This document shows positions 1-10,174 of a DNA stretch of 64,000 nt, piece after piece. The translations under genes and the position numbers were made by a program. Under the pieces are notes generated by a model that ran no database searches, was not told the origin of the DNA, and was given only the letters and a program-made list of their open reading frames with translations. Position 1 is the stretch's first letter; each line of letters begins with the position of its first letter. The DNA is from Actinomycetota bacterium (lineage in GTDB: Bacteria > Actinomycetota > Actinomycetes > Actinomycetales > Microbacteriaceae). The stretch lies in contig JBEENW010000004.1 of the NCBI GenBank assembly GCA_041191965.1, positions 39,334-103,333 on the forward strand. The letters run 5' to 3'.

Positions 1-968
1 CTATCTTGGATGTGATTCGGGAACCACAGGGATACGACTATCTGGTTGTTGAGCTTTCAAGTTTTCAGCTCCACTACTCGCACTCCTTAGGGGCAAAGGC
101 TGCCGCGTTTTTGAATCTGGCAGAGGATCACTACGACTGGCATGGCTCGGAGGCCGCTTACCATCAGGCAAAGGCCAAGATTTATCAAGACGCCGAGATT
201 GCCATCGTTTATAACGTTCAGGATGAAAAGACTTTGCAGGCTGCCGAAGAGGCAGATGTGATTGAGGGTTGCCGGGCAATTGGATTCACTACCGGTATGC
301 CCTCAAGATCAATGATTGGTTACGTAGAAGAGTTTTTGGTTGATCGTGCCTTTATCGAGAATCGTCACGAGGCAGCACTGGAAATTTGCTCCGACGCTGA
401 TTTGTCTGGATTTGGAGTCTTAAGCCGTCACCTGAGAGCAAACATCGCAGCGGCGACTGCACTGGCTCGCGCCGTTGGTGTTGAGGCATATTCCATTCGC
501 CGAGCGCTAATTGATTTCCGCCTTGCGGGGCATCGCATTGAGCTGGTGGCGGAGCGAGATGGCATTAGGTATGTAGATGACTCAAAGGCCACCAATGCTC
601 ACGCCGCGGATGCGTCGCTTTCGAGTTTCGAGTCAGTGGTGTGGATTGCCGGAGGGCTACTAAAGGGTGTTGACCCGAAACCGTTGATTGAGAAACATGC
701 CGCTAGATTGCGTGGCTGCGTGGTGATTGGCAAGGACACGCAAGTTTTGGAAGAGCTTTTCAGAACTCTGCTTCCAGAATTGCCTGTGAGGGTAATTACG
801 GGAGAGCACACCATGCTTCAGGCAGTTCGGGCCGCAACCGAGCTCGCGCATGCCGGAGACACCGTGCTGTTGGCTCCAGCTGCTGCATCGATGGATCAAT
901 TCCGAGATTATGAAGACCGGGGTAACCAGTTTCAGGAGGCGGTGAGGGGGATAGATGGCAATCACTGA
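1..968 (+). CDS. murD: UDP-N-acetylmuramoylalanine--D-glutamate ligase, C-terminal part (5' end lies outside window)
   Basis: Frame is open from the window edge. Mur-ligase motifs are present (ELSSFQL, DDSKATNAHAA). It sits directly upstream of ftsW-murG-murC in canonical dcw order. Confidence 0.85.
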   Translation, partial: ILDVIREPQGYDYLVVELSSFQLHYSHSLGAKAAAFLNLAEDHYDWHGSEAAYHQAKAKIYQDAEIAIVYNVQDEKTLQAAEEADVIEGCRAIGFTTGMPSRSMIGYVEEFLVDRAFIENRHEAALEICSDADLSGFGVLSRHLRANIAAATALARAVGVEAYSIRRALIDFRLAGHRIELVAERDGIRYVDDSKATNAHAADASLSSFESVVWIAGGLLKGVDPKPLIEKHAARLRGCVVIGKDTQVLEELFRTLLPELPVRVITGEHTMLQAVRAATELAHAGDTVLLAPAAASMDQFRDYEDRGNQFQEAVRGIDGNH

Positions 969-2112
969 TTTGAAGTCTGCAATCAGACCGCGCTTCAGAG
1001 CGCAGTCCAGGGAGTTCTACTTCCTGCTGGGCTTGACAGCAATTATTGGTGTCCTTGGCCTTGCCATGGTGGCATCGGCCTCCACCGTCGATGCGTTCAA
1101 GAACACGTCAAATGCCGCTTCCACATTTGTTAGACAGGGCGGCTTCGCCCTGCTTGGAGCGTTGGCGCTGGTAGTTGCGTCAAACCTGCCACTGACGTTT
1201 TATAAGCGCACCGCCAATCTGCTACTGCTCTCAACCCTTGGCCTTCAGCTAGCCACAGTTTTGTTTGGTACTGAGATCAATGGAAACCGAAACTGGCTGG
1301 ATCTTGGGTTTGTATCGATTCAGCCATCGGAGTTTTTGAAGCTGGGCATGATCCTCGCCTTCAGTTTGATGCTCTCTCAGCTTGGGCCGGACGAGCTTGA
1401 GAACAGGCAAATTTGGACCCGAGTCTTTGCCTATAGCGGCATCTCGTTGCTCTTAGTTGTGCTTTTTGGTAAAGACATGGGAACCGGTGTGGTCATGCTG
1501 GTAACACTTGCCGGTCTGTTCTTATTTGCCGGCATGAAGCTAGCGAACTGGCTTTCCTTGATGGCGCTTGGCGCCATGGCTGCAGTTCTGTTGGTGATGT
1601 TTTCGCCTTCGCGCGCAGCTCGCTTCTCCGCATGGTTGAACCCCGACGAGGCCGACCCAATGGGAGTGCGTTGGCAGTATGAGCATGGGACTTGGGCGCT
1701 TGCCCACGGTGGCATATTCGGAACCGGTCTGGGTAGATCCAAGATGAAGTGGTCTTGGATTCCTGAGGTTCAAAACGACTTCATTTTCGCAATCATCGGT
1801 GAAGAGCTTGGACTAATCGGAGCGATGTTTGTGATTCTGCTCTTCACCGCCCTCGCCGTGACTTTGTTTGCCATCGCCAAGAGTCAAACCAACAGCTTCA
1901 GTCGAAATGTGGTGGCTGCCGTTATGGTCTGGATCTCCATGCAGGCGTTCATCAACATCGGCGTAGTTCTGGGCGTGTTCCCAGTATTAGGTGTTCCGCT
2001 TCCGCTAGTTAGTGCTGGTGGCTCCTCGCTCATTTCCACGATGGCCGCAATTGGTGTGGTGCTCGCTGTAGAGCGCGACCGAGTTATGAATCCTGTGCGC
2101 TCCAGAAGATGA
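955..2112 (+). CDS. ftsW: SEDS-family cell division peptidoglycan glycosyltransferase FtsW
   Basis: Motifs PSEFLKLG, FIFAIIGEELGLIG and GVPLPLVSAGGSS. The protein is polytopic and hydrophobic. A GAGGGGGA RBS precedes the ATG, and the start overlaps the murD end. Confidence 0.9.
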   Translation: MAITDLKSAIRPRFRAQSREFYFLLGLTAIIGVLGLAMVASASTVDAFKNTSNAASTFVRQGGFALLGALALVVASNLPLTFYKRTANLLLLSTLGLQLATVLFGTEINGNRNWLDLGFVSIQPSEFLKLGMILAFSLMLSQLGPDELENRQIWTRVFAYSGISLLLVVLFGKDMGTGVVMLVTLAGLFLFAGMKLANWLSLMALGAMAAVLLVMFSPSRAARFSAWLNPDEADPMGVRWQYEHGTWALAHGGIFGTGLGRSKMKWSWIPEVQNDFIFAIIGEELGLIGAMFVILLFTALAVTLFAIAKSQTNSFSRNVVAAVMVWISMQAFINIGVVLGVFPVLGVPLPLVSAGGSSLISTMAAIGVVLAVERDRVMNPVRSRR

Positions 2113-3173
2113 CCAGATTCTTACTCACCGGCGGAGGTACTGCCGGACACGTTAATCCATTGCTTGCGCTAGCCCAGCAGCTCAGGGCGGAAGGTTCTGA
2201 GGTGTTTGCCCTCGGTACCAAAGAGGGTTTGGAGTCGAGGCTTGTGCCAGAGCGAGGCTTTGAGCTTCTAACAATTGCGAGACTTCCATTTCCAAGAAAG
2301 CTGAATCTACGGGCTTTAGCCTTTCCACTCCGATTTCTAAAGGCCACCTTTGAGGTGATGCGCCTGATCTCTAAACACCGAATCGATGCGGTGGTTGGTT
2401 TCGGCGGATACGCCTCAGCGCCGGCTTACCTCGCTGCTTTTTTGGCGAGAAAGCCCCTGGTGGTGCACGAGGCGAATGCTCGGGCTGGTATCGCTAATCG
2501 GATTGGTTCGCGGCTTACGAAGTTTGTGGCAATCACTTACCAAAACAGCGACCTGTCCGGTGCCATCACCGGCATGCCAATTCGACCGGAGATTGTTGAC
2601 TCAGTGGCTGGTTATGACAAGGGTCAAGCCAGAGTTGAACTTGGTCTGGACCCTTCGCTGCCGACACTCCTGGTTACCGGGGGATCGCTCGGGGCCAAGC
2701 GCCTAAACGATGCGGTTGTGCAGTCACTTCCGAAGCTCAAGGCGGCTGGAATTCAGGTCTTGCACATCCTCGGCGATAAATCCGAACACGCTGCCAAACA
2801 AGAGCCCGGCTATCGCTCAATGACCTATTGCGACCGCATGGATGTGGCTATCGCTGCGAGTGACTTCGCCATTTCCAGAGCGGGGTCTTCGACAGTTTCC
2901 GAGTTCAGTGCGGTCGGATTACCCGCTGTCTATGTGCCCTATCCGGTTGGAAATGGTGAGCAGGAGTTCAATGCCGTGACTGTTTGCGAAGCCGGCGGTG
3001 GTTTGATTCGACTTGATCGAGAGTTCGATTCAGCGTTTATTGAGACAGAAGTGATCCCGTTGATTTCACATTCTGCAACTTTGAAAAAGATGTCGGCGGC
3101 TGCAAAAACTATGGGAATTCCCGACAGCACCATGCGCCTTAGGGATTTGGTCATGGATGCGGTGAATACTTAG
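2109..3173 (+). CDS. murG: UDP-N-acetylglucosamine--N-acetylmuramyl-(pentapeptide) pyrophosphoryl-undecaprenol GlcNAc transferase
   Basis: Contains [15 protein letters not shown] and GGSLGA motifs. An ATGA overlap couples it to ftsW. Confidence 0.95.
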   Translation: MTRFLLTGGGTAGHVNPLLALAQQLRAEGSEVFALGTKEGLESRLVPERGFELLTIARLPFPRKLNLRALAFPLRFLKATFEVMRLISKHRIDAVVGFGGYASAPAYLAAFLARKPLVVHEANARAGIANRIGSRLTKFVAITYQNSDLSGAITGMPIRPEIVDSVAGYDKGQARVELGLDPSLPTLLVTGGSLGAKRLNDAVVQSLPKLKAAGIQVLHILGDKSEHAAKQEPGYRSMTYCDRMDVAIAASDFAISRAGSSTVSEFSAVGLPAVYVPYPVGNGEQEFNAVTVCEAGGGLIRLDREFDSAFIETEVIPLISHSATLKKMSAAAKTMGIPDSTMRLRDLVMDAVNT

Positions 3174-3177
3174 TTCA

Positions 3178-4566
3178 ATGATTAAGCCTGATTACTCGCA
3201 GCCGGTTCCAAAAGACTTAGGCAAAGTTCACTTCGTCGGCATTGGTGGATCCGGCATGTCTGGCTTGGCAAGACTGCTTTTGGGTATGGGCCATCGCGTC
3301 ACTGGAAGCGATGTTCGCGACAGCGACAACATCACTCAACTCAGAAAACTCGGTGCTGAAATCGCGATCGGCCACGATGCCAAGAATCTGGGTGATGCCG
3401 ACACCGTGGTTGTGACCAGCGCGCTGTGGCCAACAAATCCAGAGTACGTGTTGGCGAAGGAGCTGGGACTTCCGGTTCTGCACCGCTCGGCCATGCTCGC
3501 CCATCTGGCATCATCAGGAAAGTTGATTGCTGTTGCTGGTGCTCACGGCAAGACCACCTCCACGGGCATGGTTGTAACAGCATTAGATGTTTTGGGTGCA
3601 GATCCCAGCTTTGTAAATGGGGGAGTGATCCAGGCTTATGGTGCGTCCAGCAACTTCGGCTCGGGGGAGCACTTTGTAATTGAGGCAGATGAGTCCGACA
3701 GTTCCTTCTTGCACTATCAAACCGACACCGTATTGATCACAAATGTTGACCCAGACCACCTAGACCACTTTGGGTCCCTCGAGGCGTTTGAGGGTGAATT
3801 TGTTAAGTTTGCAGATGCCGCCTCGAATCTCGTTGTCATCTCGTCTGATGACCCCGGAGCGGTAAGGGTTCGGGGGCGACTTAACCACCAGCGAGTGCTG
3901 ACTTTTGGCGAAGCGGAGTCGGCCGACGTCCGAGTCACCGACGTGGATGCCTCTGGACCGAGGGTGAAGTTCAATCTTGTGTATCAAAGTGCCAAAGTGC
4001 CACTTGAACTAAGTATCCCAGGCGAGCACAACGCTCTAAACGCGGCTGGGGCAGTAGCGGTCTTGGTTGGTCACGGTTTTGACTTTGTTCAGGCAGCAAA
4101 TGCAGTTGCTACTTTTGGTGGAACAGTTCGTAGGTTCGAACTACACGGTGAAAGAAGGGGAGTAAGGGTCTACGACGACTTTGCGCATCACCCAACCGAG
4201 GTTGCAGCTGCGCTGAAGGCGGCCCGAGCGGCAGTGGGTGCGGGCAAGCTGGTTACGGTCTTTCAGCCCCATCTGTATTCAAGAACTCGGATTTTTGCTC
4301 AGGAGTTTGCAGATGCACTCGCACTAAGTGATCAGGTTGTGGTGCTGGATGTTTACGCGGCCCGCGAGGACCCAGAGCCGGGTGTGACTGGAGCGCTAAT
4401 TACCGACAGGTTTACCGATCAGGGCCAAGTTCACTACGTGCCGCTTTGGGAGGATGCTCCTGCGGCGGCGGCGGCACTGGCAACCGAGGGTGATTTCATC
4501 ATCACCATGGGCTGTGGCGATGTATACAAGATGGTTCCTGAGCTACTCGAGGCTCTAGAGAAGTGA
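3178..4566 (+). CDS. murC: UDP-N-acetylmuramate--L-alanine ligase
   Basis: Contains [11 protein letters not shown] and the [11 protein letters not shown]-loop. Length and position are as expected for the dcw cluster. Confidence 0.95.
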   Translation: MIKPDYSQPVPKDLGKVHFVGIGGSGMSGLARLLLGMGHRVTGSDVRDSDNITQLRKLGAEIAIGHDAKNLGDADTVVVTSALWPTNPEYVLAKELGLPVLHRSAMLAHLASSGKLIAVAGAHGKTTSTGMVVTALDVLGADPSFVNGGVIQAYGASSNFGSGEHFVIEADESDSSFLHYQTDTVLITNVDPDHLDHFGSLEAFEGEFVKFADAASNLVVISSDDPGAVRVRGRLNHQRVLTFGEAESADVRVTDVDASGPRVKFNLVYQSAKVPLELSIPGEHNALNAAGAVAVLVGHGFDFVQAANAVATFGGTVRRFELHGERRGVRVYDDFAHHPTEVAAALKAARAAVGAGKLVTVFQPHLYSRTRIFAQEFADALALSDQVVVLDVYAAREDPEPGVTGALITDRFTDQGQVHYVPLWEDAPAAAAALATEGDFIITMGCGDVYKMVPELLEALEK

Positions 4567-5336
4567 AAAAGCCAGAGCGAGAGCTGCTGGCCAAAGAGCG
4601 CAAGCGAATCGGCAGAACCAAGCGCTCCAAGCCCAAATCAAACCTGGGGCCATTCGCGCTCTTTGCCCGAATCTTTATGGTCTTAGCCCCACTGGTGTTG
4701 GTTGGGCTAGTGGCGGCAACCTTCTTCACCCCGCTTTTGGCAATTGACAAGATAACTATTTCCGGAACCCAGCGCCTCGAGCCGAAGAAGATTTCAAAAG
4801 CCCTAGAGACGCTTGATGGAAGACCGCTAACCACGATCTCAGAGGTTGAGGTAGCGGAGCTCTTGGCTGATTTTCCGCTGATTGAGACTTTTGCCATTCA
4901 AGCCGAGCCTCCGCACACCCTGAACGTCAAAATCCGTGAGCGCCAGCCAATTGTGGTGCTGGTGCGTTCAGGAAAAAACTACCTCTACGACGCCGCCGGG
5001 GTTCAGATCGAGCAAACCGATGCTGCAGTCAAGCTTCCTTACCTAAATCTCAAGGGCAACCCGAAAGACAACCCCCAGTTCAAAACCGCAATGGAGGTCC
5101 TGCTCTCGTTGCCAGTGAAGACCTACCAGCGGGTTTACTCAATTGAGGTCTCCGAGCAGCTCACCACCAATCTGGTTTTGAAGAAATCAAACATCACTGT
5201 TATCTGGGGTGACACCAAGCAAGCTCTTCTGAAAAATGAAGTCTTGATGACTCTTCTAAAGACTGGGTTGAAAGAGTCCGTTGTGGTCGACGTGTCATCG
5301 CCCAATGCTCCGGTGGTTACCTATCCGAATTACTAG
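4563..5336 (+). CDS. ftsQ: cell division protein FtsQ
   Basis: Basic N-terminus, one TM helix and a POTRA-like region. Located between murC and ftsZ, with a GTGA overlap to murC. Confidence 0.75.
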   Translation: MKKPERELLAKERKRIGRTKRSKPKSNLGPFALFARIFMVLAPLVLVGLVAATFFTPLLAIDKITISGTQRLEPKKISKALETLDGRPLTTISEVEVAELLADFPLIETFAIQAEPPHTLNVKIRERQPIVVLVRSGKNYLYDAAGVQIEQTDAAVKLPYLNLKGNPKDNPQFKTAMEVLLSLPVKTYQRVYSIEVSEQLTTNLVLKKSNITVIWGDTKQALLKNEVLMTLLKTGLKESVVVDVSSPNAPVVTYPNY

Positions 5337-5470
5337 GCCTGTTTGCGACACGCCCGAGCCGATAGGTTCCGAATTGGCATCAGCGCTCTAACTTCTTCGC
5401 GCAATTTGAAAACCTGAATCAAAGTTAAGCCTCAGCCTTAACTTGAGGGTTTTCTCAATAGGAGGCAAAA

Positions 5471-6631
5471 GTGTCACAGGCACCGAACTATCAGGCAGTT
5501 ATCAAGGTCGTAGGCGTTGGTGGCGGTGGAGTTAACGCTCTGAATCGCATGATCCAGTCCGGTCTGCGCGGAGTCGAGTTCGTAGCTGTGAACACCGATG
5601 CCCAGCAGCTTCTGATGAGCGATGCCGATGTCAAACTCGACATCGGTCGCGACATCACTCGCGGCCTAGGTGCTGGGGCTGACCCAGAGGTTGGTCGCCG
5701 TGCTGCCGAGGAGCACGAGAACGAGATCGAGTCGGCGCTGAAGGGTTCCGACATGGTGTTCGTAACCGCAGGTGAGGGTGGTGGCACCGGAACCGGTGCT
5801 GCTCCTGTTGTAGCGAGAATCGCTCGTCGCCTGGGTGCTTTGACCGTTGGTGTTGTCACCCGCCCATTCAACTTTGAAGGAAAGCGTCGTGCCGTGCAGG
5901 CCGACGAAGGTATCAAGGCTCTTCGTGCTGAGGTAGACACCCTAATCGTGGTTCCAAACCAGCGCCTTTTGGAGATGTCCAACAAGAAGATTTCTGCCAT
6001 CGAGGCCTTCATGACCGCGGATGACGTTCTCCGTGCCGGAGTTCAGGGCATCAGCGACCTGATCGTTGTCCCAGGTCTAATCAACCTCGACTTCAACGAC
6101 GTGAAGTCGGTCATGCAGGGTGCCGGTTCAGCCCTAATGGGAATCGGTACTGCCAAGGGTGAAGACCGTGCCGTCCGCGCGGCCGAGATTGCGGTCTCTT
6201 CGCCATTGCTTGAGGCAACCATTGAGGGAGCTCACGGCGTTCTGCTCTTGATCCAGGGTGCTTCCGACCTTGGTCTTCACGAGATCGACGATGCTGCTCG
6301 CCTCGTTCAAGAGGCTGTTCACCCAGAGGCCAACATCATCTTTGGTGCAACCATCGAAGACACTCTTGGCGATGAGGTGCGCATCACTGTTATCGCAGCC
6401 GGTTTCGATGGTGGAGAGCCGACCTACCGTCGCTTCGACACTGCGGCTCTAGGTCAGGCAGCTCTGGCTGCTGCCGCTGCAACTGCAGTAGCTAGCAGCT
6501 CCGAAGAGGTGGCAGAAGAGGCGGTTGCCGAGACGGCAGCTGAGTTCCAAGGATTCGAGCCAGTTGAGGTTTCGGTTTCCGCAAACAACGGATTCGGGGA
6601 TGACCTAGATCTCCCTGAGTTCTTCCGTTGA
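5471..6631 (+). CDS. ftsZ: cell division GTPase FtsZ
   Basis: Tubulin signature [13 protein letters not shown] plus [10 protein letters not shown]. An AGGAGG RBS lies upstream of the GTG start. Confidence 0.98.
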   Translation: MSQAPNYQAVIKVVGVGGGGVNALNRMIQSGLRGVEFVAVNTDAQQLLMSDADVKLDIGRDITRGLGAGADPEVGRRAAEEHENEIESALKGSDMVFVTAGEGGGTGTGAAPVVARIARRLGALTVGVVTRPFNFEGKRRAVQADEGIKALRAEVDTLIVVPNQRLLEMSNKKISAIEAFMTADDVLRAGVQGISDLIVVPGLINLDFNDVKSVMQGAGSALMGIGTAKGEDRAVRAAEIAVSSPLLEATIEGAHGVLLLIQGASDLGLHEIDDAARLVQEAVHPEANIIFGATIEDTLGDEVRITVIAAGFDGGEPTYRRFDTAALGQAALAAAAATAVASSSEEVAEEAVAETAAEFQGFEPVEVSVSANNGFGDDLDLPEFFR

Positions 6632-7302
6632 ACCTAAAAGAGCGTTACGAGAGGGTCTTGGCCGATGTGGCCAAGACCCCTTCGGCTTTGGGGCCTGCGA
6701 CTTTGATCGTGGTGACAAAGAATCACCCTGCCGAACTGGTGGCGGAACTTATTGACCTGGGGTGTCTAAATGTTGGCGAAAATCGTGATCAGGAGGCCAG
6801 TGCTAAGTATCTGGCGACCGAGGAGCTGCGCCCAAACAACGCGCTGAACTGGCATTTCATAGGCCAGCTTCAAACCAACAAGGTCAAGTCAGTGCTTCGA
6901 TACGCAAGTGCAATCCACTCCATCGATAGGCCCTCCCTGGTTCAAGAGCTGGCCAAGCAACTACCAAAACTGGAAAGGTCTATTGAGGGATTCATTGAAC
7001 TGAATCTCACCGGGGATCCAGGCCGAGGTGGGGTGCTACCAGAAAATCTGGAAATGCTCACCGAGCAGGTGCTAGGAGTGCCGGAGATTCAACTACAGGG
7101 CTTGATGGCGGTGGCAGGTTTGGGGGAGGACCCCAGATCTGAGTTTGAACGAGTGCTCGAGCTTCAGCAGACTCTGTTGCGGATTGCCCCTGAGGCTAAA
7201 TACCTTTCAATGGGCATGAGCGAGGACTACCAAGTGGCGCTGGATCTTGGTGCGACACACATTCGAGTTGGCTCCAAAATAACGGGTCCCAGGGCTTATT
7301 GA
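6628..7302 (+). CDS. YggS-family pyridoxal-phosphate homeostasis protein
   Basis: Motifs [21 protein letters not shown] and LSMGMSEDY. The TTG start overlaps the ftsZ stop, in the conserved position after ftsZ. Confidence 0.85.
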   Translation: MNLKERYERVLADVAKTPSALGPATLIVVTKNHPAELVAELIDLGCLNVGENRDQEASAKYLATEELRPNNALNWHFIGQLQTNKVKSVLRYASAIHSIDRPSLVQELAKQLPKLERSIEGFIELNLTGDPGRGGVLPENLEMLTEQVLGVPEIQLQGLMAVAGLGEDPRSEFERVLELQQTLLRIAPEAKYLSMGMSEDYQVALDLGATHIRVGSKITGPRAY

Positions 7303-7333
7303 GCCTAGTCTTGAGAAGAACTAAGGAGTTTTC

Positions 7334-7717
7334 ATGGGCGTAATGAATTCAGTAATGACATTCTTTGGATTTGGTGGATCTGAGGCACCTGCTTCTGAGT
7401 CTGCTGCAAAGCCTCGCCCTGTCACTCGTCGTCGCTCATCCGACATGTCGGAGATTGTCACCATCGATCCTCAGTCCTACGCCGATGGCAAGGACGTTGC
7501 CGCCAACTTCCGCCAGGGAGTTCCGGTGATTGTGAACATCGCTGCTCTAAGTGAGCCTGAGGCCAAGCGCATGCTCGATTTCATGATTGGCCTAAAAGAG
7601 GGACTCGAGGGCTCGCTTAAGCGTGTGACTCCGAAGGTCTACCTGCTTACCCCAGCACACGTTGCGATTTCAGACTCAGACTCTGAGGAAGAAACCAGCG
7701 AAGACCTAATGAACTAA
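7334..7717 (+). CDS. sepF: cell division protein SepF
   Basis: Conserved core IVTIDPQSYADGKDVAANFRQGVPVIVNI. An AAGGAG RBS is present. Position between yggS and yggT matches the conserved order. Confidence 0.85.
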   Translation: MGVMNSVMTFFGFGGSEAPASESAAKPRPVTRRRSSDMSEIVTIDPQSYADGKDVAANFRQGVPVIVNIAALSEPEAKRMLDFMIGLKEGLEGSLKRVTPKVYLLTPAHVAISDSDSEEETSEDLMN

Positions 7718-7720
7718 CCC

Positions 7721-8005
7721 ATGGGTCTATTGGGAAACATTCTCGCTTTTGCGCTTCAGATTTACTTCTACGTTCTGATGGCGCGCTTTGTTGTTGACCT
7801 CATCATGAGTGTCAATCGCGCATGGAGACCTCCGGGTATTTTGCTTCCGGTGTTGGATTTCGTCTACACGATCACTGATCCACCGCTGAAGTTTGTTCGC
7901 CGCTTCGTCCCACCAGTCAGACTCGGCCCGGTCGCACTCGATTTAGCTTTCACGATTGTGCTCATCGCGGTACTTTTCCTGCGCAGTTTGGCAGCCGCCC
8001 TTTAG
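7721..8005 (+). CDS. YggT-family small membrane protein
   Basis: 94 aa with two hydrophobic helices, in the conserved position between sepF and divIVA. Confidence 0.75.
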   Translation: MGLLGNILAFALQIYFYVLMARFVVDLIMSVNRAWRPPGILLPVLDFVYTITDPPLKFVRRFVPPVRLGPVALDLAFTIVLIAVLFLRSLAAAL

Positions 8006-8059
8006 TCAAATAACATGGTGTTCGTTGCTTTGAGCGACCCTGTTAGGAAGGTGCACCAA

Positions 8060-8737
8060 ATGGCGCTGACGCCCGAGGATGTAGTCAACAAAAGATTTCA
8101 GCAAACCAAGTTCCGTGAGGGTTACGACCAGGACGAGGTAGATGACTTTCTGGACGAGGTGGCCGTTGAATTCCGCCGCCTGAGCCAAGAGAACGAAGAG
8201 CTCAAGGCTAAATTGGCAGCTGCTCAGGCTCGCGCTGAGGAAGCCCCTGCAGCCGCTCCTTCCTACCCTGCTGCCTCCGTTGTGGCAGCCGCCGCAGTTC
8301 CATCCGCCGCTGACGCTCAGAACTCACACAGTCTGTTGGAGCTTGCCCGCAAGCTACACGAAGAGCACGTTCGTGAGGGTCTAACCAAGCGCGACCAGCT
8401 AATCAGAGATGGTCAGGAGCAGGCCACCCGCCTAGTTCGTGACGCTGAGGCACAGGCACGTGCAGTAATTGGGCAGCTAGAGCTTGACCGTCGTGCTATC
8501 GAGAACACCATCGACGAGCTGCGCGAGTTCGAACACGACTACCGTGGCCGTCTCCGCGACTACATTGAGAACCAGCTGCAGACCTTGGTCCGCGAAGAGT
8601 CCTTCGAGCAGCCACTTGAGGCAGCTGCGAAGATCGAACTTGAGAGTGCAGCTGCGGCGGCCGTCATGGCGACTGCGGTTGAGGCTGAAGTTTCTGAGGA
8701 AGACGAAGAAGAAACCGAACTGAGTGAGCGCAACTAG
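8060..8737 (+). CDS. divIVA: DivIVA/Wag31 polar growth and division protein
   Basis: N-terminal LTPEDVVNKRFQQTKFREGYDQDEVDDFLDEV followed by a coiled-coil and an Ala-rich linker. I place the start at the ATG at 8060, which has an AGGAAGG RBS, rather than at the ORF-track start 8015. Confidence 0.9.
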   Translation: MALTPEDVVNKRFQQTKFREGYDQDEVDDFLDEVAVEFRRLSQENEELKAKLAAAQARAEEAPAAAPSYPAASVVAAAAVPSAADAQNSHSLLELARKLHEEHVREGLTKRDQLIRDGQEQATRLVRDAEAQARAVIGQLELDRRAIENTIDELREFEHDYRGRLRDYIENQLQTLVREESFEQPLEAAAKIELESAAAAAVMATAVEAEVSEEDEEETELSERN

Positions 8738-9218
8738 CTCTCAAGCCCGTTGGGTTTATTCGATTGGCCTTGCGGCCGTTTTCTTGGATCAGCTAACAAA
8801 GTATGCCGCTGAGCATTTTTTGTCTGATGGAACAGTCGTAAATGTCATCGGAGATTTGCTTCGGTTTCGGCTTGCTTACAACGAAGCCGCGGCATTTTCT
8901 CTGGGCTTCGGTGCAACATGGATCTTGGCGCTGATTTCATCCGTCGCTGTATTGCTTCTTCTTTGGTATGGACCAAAGGCAAAGACAAAAACTTGGTCGG
9001 TAATTGCCGGCTTGGTGCTTGGGGGAGCAGCAGGGAACTGGGTTGACCGAGTCTTCAAAGAGCCGGATTTCTTCTCAGGTCACGTGGTTGATTTCATCCA
9101 GATCCCACTCAATTTTCCCATCTTCAATCTTGCTGACTCATTTTTAGTGATTGGTATTTCTCTTGCGATGCTGAGGACGCTCCGAGGCGATGAGATCGGT
9201 GGCGGCAGGAGTGAGTAA
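8724..9218 (+). CDS. lspA: lipoprotein signal peptidase II
   Basis: Motifs GAAGNWVDR, VVDFIQ and FNLADSFLVIG; four TM segments. Confidence 0.85.
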   Translation: MSATSSQARWVYSIGLAAVFLDQLTKYAAEHFLSDGTVVNVIGDLLRFRLAYNEAAAFSLGFGATWILALISSVAVLLLLWYGPKAKTKTWSVIAGLVLGGAAGNWVDRVFKEPDFFSGHVVDFIQIPLNFPIFNLADSFLVIGISLAMLRTLRGDEIGGGRSE

Positions 9219-10146
9219 ATTCCTCCCGGTTCCAGACCTGCTCGCAGGGGAGCGAGCAGATGCTGCTATCGCGAAAATGCTTGGTCTTTCAAGAACCAAG
9301 GTAATTGACTTGATTGAATCGGGGCTGGTTAGGTCTCAGTTCGGACCTCTGGGTAAGTCAGACCGCCTCTCTACCGAAATGATTATTGAGGTTGAGTTGG
9401 ACGAGCGACCTGTTCAAAGCCCGGAGGTCGTTGCAGCGGATGTGCCAGAACTTGAGATTGTCTATCTTGATGACGACATCGTTGTTATCAACAAGCCCGC
9501 CGGAGTTGTCTCGCACCCCTCGGTTGGTTTTGAAGGCCCCAGTGTCGCGGGAGTTTTACTCTCCAGGGGTATCACCCTTTCCACTTCGGGCGCTCAAGAG
9601 CGACAGGGGATTGTGCAGCGCCTTGATGTTGGCACCAGCGGTTTGATGGTCCTTGCCAGATCGGAGCGGGCCTACTCGGTGCTCAAGCAGGCCTTCCGAG
9701 ACAGAACGGTAAAAAAGACCTATCACGCTTTGGCGCAGGGGCATCCAGAGCCTGCCTCTGGAACGATTGACACCCCAATTGCTCGAAGTCAACGACACGA
9801 CTATAAGTTCACGATTTCGGCAGAAGGTAAGCACGCTGTTACGCACTACAAAACCATTGAACTGCTTCCTGCTGCAGCGCTAATGGAGGTCGGACTGGAA
9901 ACTGGTCGAACCCACCAGATTCGCGTCCACTTCTCTCACTTTAGACATCCCCTGGTTGGCGATCCGCTGTATGGAGCGGATCCCAAACTTGCAGCGGCGT
10001 TAGGTCTAGATAGGCAGTGGCTGCATGCCAAGAAGCTGGCGTTTGCCCATCCGATTAGCTCAGACTGGGTGGAATTTGAATCGGATTACCCCGCGGATCT
10101 TGAACTCGCTCTTGGCAAACTCAGGGATACCGATTTTCGGCTTTAG
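9190..10146 (+). CDS. rluD: RluA/RluD-family 23S rRNA pseudouridine synthase
   Basis: S4-like N-terminus, catalytic VQRLDVGTSGLMVLA, and GRTHQIRVHF. The start is uncertain; a GTG at 9211 is also possible. Confidence 0.9.
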   Translation: MRSVAAGVSKFLPVPDLLAGERADAAIAKMLGLSRTKVIDLIESGLVRSQFGPLGKSDRLSTEMIIEVELDERPVQSPEVVAADVPELEIVYLDDDIVVINKPAGVVSHPSVGFEGPSVAGVLLSRGITLSTSGAQERQGIVQRLDVGTSGLMVLARSERAYSVLKQAFRDRTVKKTYHALAQGHPEPASGTIDTPIARSQRHDYKFTISAEGKHAVTHYKTIELLPAAALMEVGLETGRTHQIRVHFSHFRHPLVGDPLYGADPKLAAALGLDRQWLHAKKLAFAHPISSDWVEFESDYPADLELALGKLRDTDFRL

Positions 10147-10174
10147 GATTTAGGCCTATCAACTAGGAGCGGGT

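Noticed and set aside
5491-6012. Long antisense ORFs opposite well-conserved genes. Examples: 5491-6012 opposite ftsZ, 19236-19646 opposite the M20 peptidase, 24805-25260 opposite qcrB and GNAT, 29146-29604 opposite trpD, 41791-42207 opposite trmI, and 51021-51488 opposite glgA.
   Set aside because: Each lies entirely inside a gene whose product carries unmistakable family motifs on the other strand. Their translations are Arg/Pro/Ser/Ala-rich low-complexity strings, typical of the antisense frame of GC-biased genes, and none has an RBS or promoter geometry.
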